A DNA stretch of 64,000 bases from Candidatus Acidiferrum sp. (GTDB lineage: Bacteria; Acidobacteriota; Terriglobia; Acidiferrales; UBA7541): positions 26,447 through 90,446 of the forward strand of contig DATBYP010000183.1 in assembly GCA_036513675.1 (NCBI GenBank), read 5' to 3'. Shown piece after piece: positions 18,759 to 28,624 of this stretch. Every line of letters begins with the position of its first letter. Position 1 is the first letter of the stretch. The position numbers and the translations under genes are program-made. The notes below the pieces were generated by a model, which was given only the letters and a program-made list of their open reading frames with translations, did not search any database and was not told the DNA's origin.

Positions 18759-19742
18759 CTAGATAGAAACCTGAGGAACGGAGGTTTGTTCGAGGCGCGG
18801 CTCTTCCCCTCTTTCGACAAACCCCAGGGGGTCGAGCGCCTGATTCCAGCGGACCACTTCGCGATACATGTCGAGCCGACGCTGAATAGTTTCCTCTGGC
18901 TTAAGCAGGTTGAGTAGGCCGTAGCCGAGCTGGCGCACTCGAATCCTGGCGATCGATAAACGCCGGCAACGCCGCGCCGCCCCGGCACCAAAGTGTTTGT
19001 AGAAGTAGCGGTAGCGGCTACGATGCTTTTCAATCTCGAAACGCACAGGAAAACGATTGACGGACTGTCCCCCCAGATGGGTGATTACAGGTTCTGGAGT
19101 AAAAAGGATCGGACGACCTGAACTCCGAACGCGGCGGCAAAGGTCCACTTCCTCGAAGTGGTAAAAGAATTGTTCGTCGAATCCACCGAGACTCTTGAGG
19201 AGGTCTCCGCGGAACATCACGCAGCAGCCGGACTGCCAGTCAATTGACCTCTCCGTTTCACCGTGCCAGTGCCGATATTCTTCATAGGTGAAAAGAGAGG
19301 AGAGCTTCGCGAGGCCAAGTGCAGCTACCCAATAACGGTAGACCGTTGGAAAAAGACGCGCGGAGACTTGATAGGTTCCATCGGGGTTCAAGACGCGGCA
19401 ACCGAAGGCTCCCGCCTCAGAGTGGCGATCTGCAAACGCTACAAATTTGTCCAAGGAACCGTCATGGATGATTGTGTCGGGATTCAAGATGAGGACGTAT
19501 TCGCCACGCGTGGCACAGATGCCGGCGTTATTGCCTCGAGCAAAACCGAGATTTTGTTGATTCTCGACAAGGCGCACTTGCGGATAGTGCTTGCGAATGA
19601 ATTCAATCGAATCGTCAACTGAGCCGTTATCCGAAACGATGACTTCAAAGCTCGTTGTGTGCGTGCCCTCGTAGATGGAGCGCAAGCAATCGCGGATAAC
19701 GCGAAGGTCATTCCAACAGATGATTACGACGGAAAGTTTCAT
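18759..19742 (-). CDS. Glycosyltransferase family 2 (rhamnosyltransferase-like subgroup)
   Basis: SDNGSVD, NLGFARGNN, LNPD and GGFDEQFF..EEVDLC motifs. Confidence 0.9.
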   Translation of the reverse strand: MKLSVVIICWNDLRVIRDCLRSIYEGTHTTSFEVIVSDNGSVDDSIEFIRKHYPQVRLVENQQNLGFARGNNAGICATRGEYVLILNPDTIIHDGSLDKFVAFADRHSEAGAFGCRVLNPDGTYQVSARLFPTVYRYWVAALGLAKLSSLFTYEEYRHWHGETERSIDWQSGCCVMFRGDLLKSLGGFDEQFFYHFEEVDLCRRVRSSGRPILFTPEPVITHLGGQSVNRFPVRFEIEKHRSRYRYFYKHFGAGAARRCRRLSIARIRVRQLGYGLLNLLKPEETIQRRLDMYREVVRWNQALDPLGFVERGEEPRLEQTSVPQVSI

Positions 19743-19772
19743 TATTGGTTTTCCAAGAGCTCGAGCTGGCTG

Positions 19773-20840
19773 CTACAACTTCACAACCTTCCCTTTGTGC
19801 TTGAGGGACTCGTCGGCGGCCTCCAGCATGCGAACAATGCGCAGCCCGGCCTCCCCGTCGTTAAAGGGGCGTTTGTCATTGCGAATGCAATCGATGAAGT
19901 AGGAAGCTTCGACTTTCAGGGCTTCGATCTGCTCGATGTTGGGAGACCACATGTCGCCGGTCCGATAGCTCACCAACTGCTGATAAACCGCCTCGCCGCT
20001 CATCATCTGCACGCCACGGTCATACACCTTGACCTTTTCATCGGCGTCCAAGTCGTTCCAAACCAGCATTTTTTTCTCGCCGCCTAGCAAGGTAGTGCGG
20101 ATTTTTACCGGCGAAAGCCAATTCACATTGATATGCGCAATCAAATTATTTGGGTAATAGATGGTGAGAAAGGCCACGTCCGCATGGCCGTTAAGATGAT
20201 TTGCGCCCGTAGCGACGATTGCCTCGGGCTTCGACATGATGAGGTGGTCCATGATGGACAAGTCGTGCGGGGCGAGATCCCAAATTACGTTGCAGTCATG
20301 CTGAAACAGTCCAAGGTTTACGCGGGTGGAATCGTAGTAGTAGAGCGCTCCCAAGGTGCCGTCATCGACAAACTGCTTGATCCTTTTCACGGCGCCGGTG
20401 AAAAGGAACGTGTGGTCGACCATGATCTTCAGGTTCTTGCGCTCGGCCAGCTCAATCAACTGTTCGGCTTGCGCCGCGGTACAGGTGAATGGTTTCTCGA
20501 CAAATACATGCTTTCCGTTCTCGAGCGCGAGCTTTGCAAGCTCAAAGTGGGTCCAAACGGGCGTGACGACCGCCACCACGTCCACCTGTGTGCTGGTCAG
20601 TACTTCCATTTGATCGGAGGTCACCGGCACTTCCGGGTGAGCGCGACGCACTCGCGAGAGCGACTTGGGATTTTTGTCGCAGACCGCAACAACATCGGCC
20701 TTTTCGTGACCCTGAAAATTGCGAACGATGTTGGGACCCCAATAACCGTAACCGATTACGCCCACGCGGATCACATCGCGGGTGAAGCTTGCGCCTAGCG
20801 GAAGATTGGCGGAAGTTCCAACGGAAAAGCTAGTAGCCAT
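19773..20840 (-). CDS. Gfo/Idh/MocA family NAD(P) oxidoreductase (sugar 3-dehydrogenase-like)
   Basis: GYGYWG, HVFVEKP and WDLAPHD motifs. Confidence 0.9.
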   Translation of the reverse strand: MATSFSVGTSANLPLGASFTRDVIRVGVIGYGYWGPNIVRNFQGHEKADVVAVCDKNPKSLSRVRRAHPEVPVTSDQMEVLTSTQVDVVAVVTPVWTHFELAKLALENGKHVFVEKPFTCTAAQAEQLIELAERKNLKIMVDHTFLFTGAVKRIKQFVDDGTLGALYYYDSTRVNLGLFQHDCNVIWDLAPHDLSIMDHLIMSKPEAIVATGANHLNGHADVAFLTIYYPNNLIAHINVNWLSPVKIRTTLLGGEKKMLVWNDLDADEKVKVYDRGVQMMSGEAVYQQLVSYRTGDMWSPNIEQIEALKVEASYFIDCIRNDKRPFNDGEAGLRIVRMLEAADESLKHKGKVVKL

Positions 20841-20942
20841 CCACATTCACCTTGAGTTGCGGATTTATATTGCGCACGTGCGACGGAGAGGATGGGTGGC
20901 TCCGTTTGAAACAAAACTTGCGGACAACTGCGCGCCTGGGCC

Positions 20943-22127
20943 TCAGTACGCACCGTCGCCCGAAAACACCGCTCGGGGAGTCTGCAGAAGAATCTTGAGG
21001 TCAGAGACTGGCGAACACATTCGCGAGTAGCGCAGATCGAGGCGAACCATGTCATCAAAAGTGGTCCTGCTGCGTCCATGCACCTGCCAAAGTCCGGTAA
21101 TACCGGGCTTGGCTTCGAGCAATCGCCGACGGTGCCAGATCTCATACACTTCAATTTCATAGCCAATGGGCGGCCGCGGCCCGACAAGCGACATCTGTCC
21201 CATCAGAACGTTCCAGAATTGTGGAATTTCATCCAGGCTAGTGCGACGCATGAACTTGCCAATCCAGGTGACACGGGGATCGTTGGTCAACTTGTAGACG
21301 CGTCGCTGGCGACCGTTAGCGGAGTTGGGCTCTGCGCGGCCGGCGATGAAGTTTTTCACATACTCCCGGTGAATTTCTGTATCCGTCGTCACATGCATCG
21401 ACCGAAACTTTAGAAATGCAAATGGAACTTGAAACTGGCCGAGACGCTGCTGCCGGAAAAAGACCGGCCCCTTCGAAGTGAGCTTGATGAGCAACGCCAA
21501 AGTGGCAAACACCGGGGACAGAAGGATCAGAGCGGATGCGCTACCCACGATGTCGATCAAGCGCTTTAGCAGAAGAGAGGCCCTCTTGCTTTCATTCAAA
21601 TCGAAAAGATCGGGATAGAGGACCGGATCGAGAGTAAGAGTAACACCGCCGTCTTTCCAGCTTTGCGGGTAGGAATAGAATGAGATTTCCAAAGCTTCCA
21701 CTTGAGTGGCATGAAGTGTGCGATGAAGAGCCGCGAGCGTTTTCGATTCAATACTCTCAACCGCGGCGCTTAGTTCGGCGCCACCGAGCTCACTGAAGAT
21801 GACGCCAAGCACGCTGTTTGAGTCAAACCACCCGAGAGTATCTGTTTCGCGAATCAAGCCGCCAAGGGGCTTGATGACCCGTTCCCACGCAGGCTTTTCG
21901 TCATGCAGCTTCGGAGTCTTGTGTTGCACCAGCATCAACAAGAAGCTCTTGCGCGAGCGCTCCGACCGTTTCCGCTCCTGACACAACAGCCGGCGAAATT
22001 CGGTTTCCGGCAATGGCTTTACAAAGCTGCCGACAACCTCGCCAACGGCGCCAAGTATCTCTTCGGTCTTAGTTACCTTTAATTCCGGACTAATCGTTGC
22101 GTCTAGAACTCTAGAAAATAAGGACAT
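20943..22127 (-). CDS. Priming polyprenyl-phosphate sugar-1-phosphate transferase with an N-terminal GGDEF-like extension
   Basis: [34 protein letters not shown] and [10 protein letters not shown]; N-terminal [16 protein letters not shown]. Confidence 0.9.
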   Translation of the reverse strand: MSLFSRVLDATISPELKVTKTEEILGAVGEVVGSFVKPLPETEFRRLLCQERKRSERSRKSFLLMLVQHKTPKLHDEKPAWERVIKPLGGLIRETDTLGWFDSNSVLGVIFSELGGAELSAAVESIESKTLAALHRTLHATQVEALEISFYSYPQSWKDGGVTLTLDPVLYPDLFDLNESKRASLLLKRLIDIVGSASALILLSPVFATLALLIKLTSKGPVFFRQQRLGQFQVPFAFLKFRSMHVTTDTEIHREYVKNFIAGRAEPNSANGRQRRVYKLTNDPRVTWIGKFMRRTSLDEIPQFWNVLMGQMSLVGPRPPIGYEIEVYEIWHRRRLLEAKPGITGLWQVHGRSRTTFDDMVRLDLRYSRMCSPVSDLKILLQTPRAVFSGDGAY

Positions 22128-22158
22128 GGGGTCTCTGAGATCTGGCCGGGAAACTGTT

Positions 22159-22713
22159 TTACGAGCGGGCGTTCTGAAACGCATGCACAACGCTGACGGC
22201 GTCTGAATCGATCTCGACCGCGACAGAGCGCTGGAGGAGCGTTATTGATAAGACGAGTCTTCGCTTGCCCTTAATGTCCATTAGGATGCCTTCTAGTCCG
22301 CGCAAGGCACCGGCTTCGATGCGAACCTTGCTGCCGACTTCAAGATAGGCGCACGGAAAGTTCGGCACGCCGGAAGCAACAAGTCTCCGAATCGCCTCGA
22401 TCTCTTGCTCATCTACCGGAACAGGAACATGGTTGTAGCCCACGATTTGAGTGACGCCCGGTGTTTTCAAAATTGGCAGACGATCGTGAGGATTAAACCG
22501 GCAAAAGAGGTAGCCGGGGAAGAGCGGAGAGTCGACTTGCTTTACCCGATCAGACCAGCGGCGCCGCGTCTTGTAGAGGGGGAGAAACCACTCATAGCCT
22601 TTGCCTTGCAAGTGTTCCACAACGCCACCCTCATGACGCATGCGAACTTGCAACGCAAACCAAGGGTACCCGGCGCCGACAAAGTCTAGAGATTCAACAT
22701 CTCCACCCTGCAT
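22159..22713 (-). CDS. NusG paralog (UpxY/RfaH/LoaP-type antiterminator)
   Basis: WFALQV and PLFPGYLF (NGN) plus GSKVRIEAGALRGLEG (KOW); start uncertain (22713 or 22785). Confidence 0.9.
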   Translation of the reverse strand: MQGGDVESLDFVGAGYPWFALQVRMRHEGGVVEHLQGKGYEWFLPLYKTRRRWSDRVKQVDSPLFPGYLFCRFNPHDRLPILKTPGVTQIVGYNHVPVPVDEQEIEAIRRLVASGVPNFPCAYLEVGSKVRIEAGALRGLEGILMDIKGKRRLVLSITLLQRSVAVEIDSDAVSVVHAFQNARS

Positions 22714-22746
22714 TGAGCCCGGGATGTCTTGAAGTTCTGATCGCGC

Positions 22747-22758
22747 CAAGCTACCGCC
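22747..22758 (-). promoter_or_regulatory. ops-like element GGCGGTAGCTTG
   Basis: Matches the RfaH ops consensus GGCGGTAGnnTG on the coding strand immediately 5' of the NusG paralog. Confidence 0.5.
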
Positions 22759-23004
22759 ATGAAAGTCCCAGAGGACCTTCCCCATTTTCTGTTTACACTC
22801 GCTCCCTAGGGTCTGTCGGCCGCTAGGGCGAAACGGCTCTACTCAATCTATGTAGCACGACGCACGGTAAGTACCCATACCGTGCTTCCCGTAAGCCCAA
22901 CAAGGGAACTGCTGTACCGGGCTTTTCTTCAAGCGCACACCTGTTCCGTAAGCGGCATCGATGAATCAACTTTGGCGGAAATTCGCCGAGGTTGGAGGGC
23001 CGGC

Positions 23005-23928
23005 CTAGTTGGCGACCCCGGCTGTCACTTCTTCGCTGTAATAGGAGCCGTACGCGGCGGCGTCATCAGCACAATTCAGGGCTACACCAAGCAAATTCTT
23101 TTCGCGAAGCTGGTGACACGATTTTTGCGCGCTATCAAATCCTGTTTGCGCCGCACGGATCACGGTGAGAACACCGTCGCACAATTCGGCCAAGGTCAGC
23201 GCATCCGAAACGGGCAGAGTCGGAGGCGAGTCAACTATTACCCAGTCGAAAACGGGGCCGATCGTTTGCAGAAGAGGTTTTAGGCGTCCATTTGCGAGCA
23301 ATTCTGCGGGATTTTCCGCCTTGTTGCCGCCGGGAATGAAACACAGATACTCAGGCATCCCTCGCTGGATGATGGTCACTTCAGTTGCTTCACCCTTCAG
23401 GTATTCCGCCAGGCCGGGAGAGCTCGGCGCACCGAAACCACGATGGAGATCGGGTCGCCGCAGATCGGCATCTATCAACAGGACTCGGCAATTCTGCTGG
23501 CGTGCCAGAGCATGCGCAAGGTTGTTAGCCACAAAAGTTTTTCCTTCGCCAGGCAGCGAACTAGTTACCAGAATACTTCGCAGTGGCTGCTTGTCCCGAA
23601 TTTGGTAGAGACGCGATCGTAAAGTCCGGAATTGTTCCCGCACGGCCGGAGGAGCAGCCGGATCGATAAAGACATTGCGCTCGAGATCCAAGCGCCAGCC
23701 TGGATTGGCACACTGAGTCCAGATGTCGTCGAAGCGAAGAAATTCTGCGGCTCTTGTCTTGGCGTCAATCTGGGAGTGCGCCAGCGGATCCACCATCTCT
23801 GGAGGAGCGGTCGTTGGCAAATCCGCGACCTGACCCTGGAGCTCTGAAACCATGGGAGGGGGAGGCACCTCCAGTGGTACGGTCCTTTGCTGTTCGGCGC
23901 GCTTTAATGCTTCGTGGATCCTGCTCAT
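23005..23928 (-). CDS. CpsD/CapB-type protein tyrosine kinase (stand-alone Wzc C-terminal part)
   Basis: MSRIHEALKRA start, EQFRTLRS, GEGKT, LIDADLRRP, VIVDSPP and Tyr-containing tail YGSYY. Confidence 0.92.
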   Translation of the reverse strand: MSRIHEALKRAEQQRTVPLEVPPPPMVSELQGQVADLPTTAPPEMVDPLAHSQIDAKTRAAEFLRFDDIWTQCANPGWRLDLERNVFIDPAAPPAVREQFRTLRSRLYQIRDKQPLRSILVTSSLPGEGKTFVANNLAHALARQQNCRVLLIDADLRRPDLHRGFGAPSSPGLAEYLKGEATEVTIIQRGMPEYLCFIPGGNKAENPAELLANGRLKPLLQTIGPVFDWVIVDSPPTLPVSDALTLAELCDGVLTVIRAAQTGFDSAQKSCHQLREKNLLGVALNCADDAAAYGSYYSEEVTAGVAN

Positions 23929-24881
23929 GGCTTCCTTTCGTGTGCTGCGCTTGATATTGAATTATTGCGACCCATTTCTTCCAAAAGGTGATTCAAGCTA
24001 CGCAGAAGGCCTTCCACCGTCTTTGACGGGTCCTCGCCGTTGCGGATCACTGGGCGGGCCATAGGATCCAGTTCGTCGAGCTCAAATTCATGCGCAGCTT
24101 CATGCACAACTCCCGGCGGGACAGGCTTCACCTGATCGACGAAAGAGTTGATGAGTGAGTTCTCGCACAGCAGATTTGCCACGCGAGGGATGCCGCGCGA
24201 ATACTTGTAAATAGCTTCGACGGCCTCTGGAGAAAAAATAGGGGCTCCGTTTGCTCCGCCAATTCGCAGTCGTTCATTGATGTATCCAGTCAATTCTTCG
24301 TGGGAGAGAGGCTGCGTTCGGCAGCGCATCGTAATCCGTTGGCGCAACTGGCGGAGCCGGGGATCGCGCAACTTCTCCTCAAGCTCAGGCTGACCGGAGA
24401 GTACGATTTGGAGCAGCTTTTCGCTTGCTGTTTCGAAATTCGTGAGTAGGCGAATTTCCTCAAGGACTTCGAAAGAGAGATTTTGCGCTTCGTCCACGAT
24501 CAGGACAGAAGTCTTGCGATCACGATAGCGTTGCAGCAGCCAGTGGTTGAGACGCATCAACACATGGCTCTTGTCGCGGCTCTCACAAGGAATGCCGAAG
24601 TCCGCCATCATAAAGTCGAAGAGCTGGCTTGTGTCGAGCTGCGAGTTGAAGATGTAGGCGGTGGCGACGCCTTCAAGGTTTAGCCAGTCCAGCAAGCGAT
24701 TGAGCAGCGTCGTCTTGCCGGTGCCCACTTCACCCGTGAGCAGGATAAACCCCTTGCGATTCTTGATGCCATAGGCGAGACCCGCCAGCGCCTCCTGGAT
24801 TTCCTTCGTCAAGAATAGATAACGGGGATCCGGATTGGCGTTAAACGGGTTTTCTCGCAGTCCAAAAAACGATTTATACAT
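23925..24881 (-). CDS. ExeA-like AAA ATPase (type associated with PEP-CTERM/EPS loci)
   Basis: FFGLRENPF, GEVGTGKT, IVDEAQNL, GQPEL and GIPR motifs. Confidence 0.9.
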   Translation of the reverse strand: MYKSFFGLRENPFNANPDPRYLFLTKEIQEALAGLAYGIKNRKGFILLTGEVGTGKTTLLNRLLDWLNLEGVATAYIFNSQLDTSQLFDFMMADFGIPCESRDKSHVLMRLNHWLLQRYRDRKTSVLIVDEAQNLSFEVLEEIRLLTNFETASEKLLQIVLSGQPELEEKLRDPRLRQLRQRITMRCRTQPLSHEELTGYINERLRIGGANGAPIFSPEAVEAIYKYSRGIPRVANLLCENSLINSFVDQVKPVPPGVVHEAAHEFELDELDPMARPVIRNGEDPSKTVEGLLRSLNHLLEEMGRNNSISSAAHERKP

Positions 24882-24890
24882 GAATTAGTC

Positions 24891-26381
24891 TCAAGCGCTC
24901 GCGACCAGCCTAGGGCCTTCGGAAGAGTCCTTTCTAGCGGCATGGCGCCGGGCACTTTGGACCGAAGGAATGTTGGCGAGCGTGGGTAGTTGGAGGAAGA
25001 ACTCGACGTCTTCCTCAGTGCGTAAAGTCTTGTCGCGCAATTCTCGCAGCGCGATGATGCCGAAACCCAGTGCGAGCCCGAGAGCGAGCCCGCCCAGTGA
25101 AAAGTACAGCGGGTTGGGAAAGGATGCCCCTTCGGGCAGATTTGCAGAGTCGAGGATGCGAAATTCTGCGCTTTCGGCTTGGTGATTCATGTCGCTGAAC
25201 ATCGCAGATTCGCTGCGCTTCTTCAGTAAGGCATTGTAGAAATCAAGCGCCGCCTGATAATCCCGTGTGAGTTGTTTGTATTGCTCTTCGACATTAGGAC
25301 TGAGTTGCAGGCGGCTCTGGTACACACCGATCTGCCTTTGAATATCGCGCTGCTGCGCGGTCTTTTCTTTTAAGATGGAATCATACTGGTGCGCTTGTGC
25401 GCGCAATTGCTGAATTTCCGGGGTGTCCGCTCCCGCGGTAATCGCTGTGTTCGCCGCAGGGGCACCTTGAGAAGAAGCGATTTTCTGCTTCAAATCGGCG
25501 ATACTTTGGCGCAATCGGATGACGTCGGGATGGTCTTCCGTATCCTTGGCGAGGAGGGCCGAAAGCTCGCTTTGCATGTCGGCTAATTGCTTTTGAGCCG
25601 AGGGATTATCGGCGGAACGCGATGCAAGTTGCTGCGCGAGCATGGATTCGGTAAAAGACTTGTCTTGCTGCGCACGACTGAGAGCTTGTGTGGCCGCATC
25701 GAGCTGCGTGTTCAGTCCCGACAGCACATTTAGATTTGCTTGCTGTTCATCAGGAAGCATTCCTGTGTGAAGGCTTTTGAATGCGGCGAGTTTAGAGTCC
25801 TGGTCATCCAGCTTGACCTTCGCGTCCTGAACCTGCTTGGTCAGGAACACTGTGGTTCCGCTTGCCTGGTCATGCTTCACGCGTTGATTCTCTTGCATGA
25901 ATACGGAGACAACTTCGTTGCACACTTTCTGCGCGCGTGCGGGATCGCGGTCAGTCACTTTAATAGTGAATCCCGGGAGCTGCGTGCTATTCGATTCGGC
26001 CATGGGCTTCACCGGGGTTACGGTGATTTTCTTACGGAGGCGATCCACCAATACTTCCATCGAGACTTGCTGCTTTCGCTCTTTTGGATAGAGCTCGAAT
26101 TTGTTGATGATTCCTTCGAGCCTCGACCGGCTTAGTATCTGTTCCTGCAGCGTTGTTAGTCGCTGTTTCAAATCTCCAGTGTTAATGTCTGTTACATAGC
26201 TGGCCGAAACAGCCGGCTGCTCCACGAGAATCACCGTTTGCGACGTATATTCCTTCGGTAAAATGAAGCACAAAAGATAGCCCACCGCCGGCCCCAGGAT
26301 GGCCAGGAGAATCAGGGTGCGCTTGTGACGGCGAAACATTGCCGTATAGTCTTCCATGGTTAGCTGTCGATGTCCGATCAT
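24891..26381 (-). CDS. Polysaccharide co-polymerase (Wzc N-terminal part/GumC)
   Basis: Two TM segments flanking a long coiled coil; LSRSRL, HPDVI and FRILDSA..P motifs. Confidence 0.88.
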   Translation of the reverse strand: MIGHRQLTMEDYTAMFRRHKRTLILLAILGPAVGYLLCFILPKEYTSQTVILVEQPAVSASYVTDINTGDLKQRLTTLQEQILSRSRLEGIINKFELYPKERKQQVSMEVLVDRLRKKITVTPVKPMAESNSTQLPGFTIKVTDRDPARAQKVCNEVVSVFMQENQRVKHDQASGTTVFLTKQVQDAKVKLDDQDSKLAAFKSLHTGMLPDEQQANLNVLSGLNTQLDAATQALSRAQQDKSFTESMLAQQLASRSADNPSAQKQLADMQSELSALLAKDTEDHPDVIRLRQSIADLKQKIASSQGAPAANTAITAGADTPEIQQLRAQAHQYDSILKEKTAQQRDIQRQIGVYQSRLQLSPNVEEQYKQLTRDYQAALDFYNALLKKRSESAMFSDMNHQAESAEFRILDSANLPEGASFPNPLYFSLGGLALGLALGFGIIALRELRDKTLRTEEDVEFFLQLPTLANIPSVQSARRHAARKDSSEGPRLVASA

Positions 26382-26405
26382 GTTCTTTTTTTCTCCAATT
26401 GCGGT

Positions 26406-27968
26406 TCAACCGATAGGAACAGGCTTGAGATGCCAGGAAAATCCGAAATTCAATTGATGTCCGACGAGGTTTGAGCCGTTACAGATACCTTGGGGGCACA
26501 CGATGAAGCTGGCAGTCTGATAACGGCCTATGTACCCGAAAAATACCTCAGAATCTCTGCCGACGCGACGCCGTAGCTCAATGCCACCGTAAACCGAGTC
26601 ATAACTAGCATCTGCAGGCGCTACAATGGTTGTGTTGTTGAACAGCGGGACCAAATTTCGATTGTGCGCGTAATTCACGGTGACATTCAGGTCCCATACA
26701 CGAGAAAGCTGGCGATTAACTCCCGCGAAGGCTCGATCGGTAATTGCTCCAAGGAACACGCCGCTGCCGCTGCTCAAGAAGTGGTCGTACCCGGCGCTCA
26801 CATCCAGGCCGCGCCTCATTTGATAACGAAACGAGGTGTCGGCAGCCCAAGAAACCCGGGTCTCGGAAGACGCCGGGCTGCCTGGAACGTTTGGAGCGTG
26901 AATGAAACTAATCTCCGGACCAGCGCCTATCTGAAAAATGAGCCGCTCTCCGAGCTGCCGCTGATACGCGCCCTCTACAATGTTGTCTCGCACGCTCACC
27001 GGAAACCCGCTAAACCACAGATCATTGAACCGATATACAACCGCGAAGGTATCTCGGCGCGAGCGCTGATATCCGATGCCGGTCTGGAAACCCGCGGCGG
27101 AGCTGTTGATCAAATTGAAGGCACTTATTTGGAGTCCAGCTGGCGCGCCGTTGCTTAGCTGTGAATTGTAAAAATGCAAGATGCTGTAATTTCCGACGAC
27201 TGTGAAAAAAATTCGCCGGCTCAAATGGTTATTGACTTGAGCCACCAAGGAGTTGCTCAAGCGAGGACCGAACGGCGTGAAGACTCCCTGCCCAGGAAGA
27301 AAGGAATTTCGCAGGATCACGGGGCCCGTGCTGGAGGACAGTCCTGGGATTGTATTTAACCCATCGAATGGCGAGGCTCCGCCAAGAAACGAAGCCTGAG
27401 AGCTGTATCCAAGCTTGTCCAAGACGAAGCCATCCCAGCGTCCACGAGACCACAGCTCCGAAGCTGCAGCTTGGTGCGTCGTGGAATCGTAGGCGCCGCC
27501 CGAATTGGAAAAGGAACGCCCCGCCAAATAGCCTAAATTCAACTGCGAAGCGCGGCCGACCTTCTGCACGGCGAGGCTGCCCATCAGTGTATTGATTGAT
27601 GCGAAACGATAATTTCCGAAAGTGTTGTTAGCGTTGGAGTCTAACTGCCCAAAGAAATAAACGCTGGGAACGACATAGCTGCGCGAAGCGACGAGCCCGA
27701 TGATCGGCTGAGAAGCGCCCGTGATCGGAGCATCAGTGGACGTGCCCGCCACGACTGGCGAGGTCGGAGCTTGGTCCTGATTGTCTTTGTTACTCTTGTC
27801 GTCTGAGGATTTCGCCGGCTGCTGCGGCTGCGCGGGTTGCGCTGGCTCTTGTCCGGGCGGACTCTGGGTCTGCGATCCGGAGGTCTGGGCGTAACTGCCC
27901 CCACTCGCAGCAAGCACCAGCGCGACGGCCATCAGGTATGCGCTCAGCTTCAACGTACGCTCCATCAC
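26406..27968 (-). CDS. Outer-membrane beta-barrel, probable polysaccharide secretion porin
   Basis: Signal peptide, P/Q-rich linker, alternating aromatic beta-strands and C-terminal LNFGFSW; lies between the OPX and co-polymerase genes. Confidence 0.7.
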   Translation of the reverse strand: MMERTLKLSAYLMAVALVLAASGGSYAQTSGSQTQSPPGQEPAQPAQPQQPAKSSDDKSNKDNQDQAPTSPVVAGTSTDAPITGASQPIIGLVASRSYVVPSVYFFGQLDSNANNTFGNYRFASINTLMGSLAVQKVGRASQLNLGYLAGRSFSNSGGAYDSTTHQAAASELWSRGRWDGFVLDKLGYSSQASFLGGASPFDGLNTIPGLSSSTGPVILRNSFLPGQGVFTPFGPRLSNSLVAQVNNHLSRRIFFTVVGNYSILHFYNSQLSNGAPAGLQISAFNLINSSAAGFQTGIGYQRSRRDTFAVVYRFNDLWFSGFPVSVRDNIVEGAYQRQLGERLIFQIGAGPEISFIHAPNVPGSPASSETRVSWAADTSFRYQMRRGLDVSAGYDHFLSSGSGVFLGAITDRAFAGVNRQLSRVWDLNVTVNYAHNRNLVPLFNNTTIVAPADASYDSVYGGIELRRRVGRDSEVFFGYIGRYQTASFIVCPQGICNGSNLVGHQLNFGFSWHLKPVPIG

Positions 27969-28624
27969 GGCACAACAATCGTGTCGCCGGCTTTGACTGG
28001 CAGATTTTCCTCGGCCTTGCGTCCGTCTAGCACTTCCTTGTAGCTGAAGGGATGTTTGGTCTGAATATGGTTTTCATCGCGCATCAGAAAGATTTTCTTT
28101 CCATTGGCGAACTGCGTCAGTCCGCCGGCACTCGTAATTGCCTGTAGGATCGTCATGCCCGGAAGCACGGGGTACGCTCCCGGCCTGGTCACCTCGCCGG
28201 TCACGTAAACGCGTTGACTGTTAATTTGCGTAAGAATCACGGTGACTTGCGGCGCAGTGAGATATTTCTTTAATCTCTCGCTAACGGTCTCCGCCAATTG
28301 TGCAGGAGTCATACCCGCCGCTTGGACGTCGCCCAGCAGCGGCATGGAAATCTTGCCGTCCGGGCGCACCTGCAAAGAGCGAGTAAGCTCTTGCTCCTTC
28401 CACACGCTGACGTCCAAAACATCATCGGCTCCAATCACGTAGTCCTTGCCGACCTTTACAGGCAGGTTTACCCCTTCCGGACGCGCTGCTGCCGGCCTGC
28501 TGGATGCTGTCTGCGTCGTCTGCGAGGATTCCTGTGGATTTTGCCCTTGCGGAAGAACAGGCGCGCTCAGGGCCACCACAACCGCCGTCACTAAGAGAAT
28601 CATGCAGCTTCGTTGCGTTTTCAC
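27965..28624 (-). CDS. Short OPX (Wza-like) polysaccharide export protein
   Basis: YVIGADDVL, VRPDGKISMPLLGDV (Poly_export) and an SLBB domain ending GDTIVVP; GTG start with AGGAG RBS. Confidence 0.9.
   Translation of the reverse strand: MKTQRSCMILLVTAVVVALSAPVLPQGQNPQESSQTTQTASSRPAAARPEGVNLPVKVGKDYVIGADDVLDVSVWKEQELTRSLQVRPDGKISMPLLGDVQAAGMTPAQLAETVSERLKKYLTAPQVTVILTQINSQRVYVTGEVTRPGAYPVLPGMTILQAITSAGGLTQFANGKKIFLMRDENHIQTKHPFSYKEVLDGRKAEENLPVKAGDTIVVP

Noticed and set aside
23925-24881. Type II secretion system or transposon ATPase
   Set aside because: No gsp or transposase genes nearby; the context is that of an EPS-associated ExeA-like ATPase
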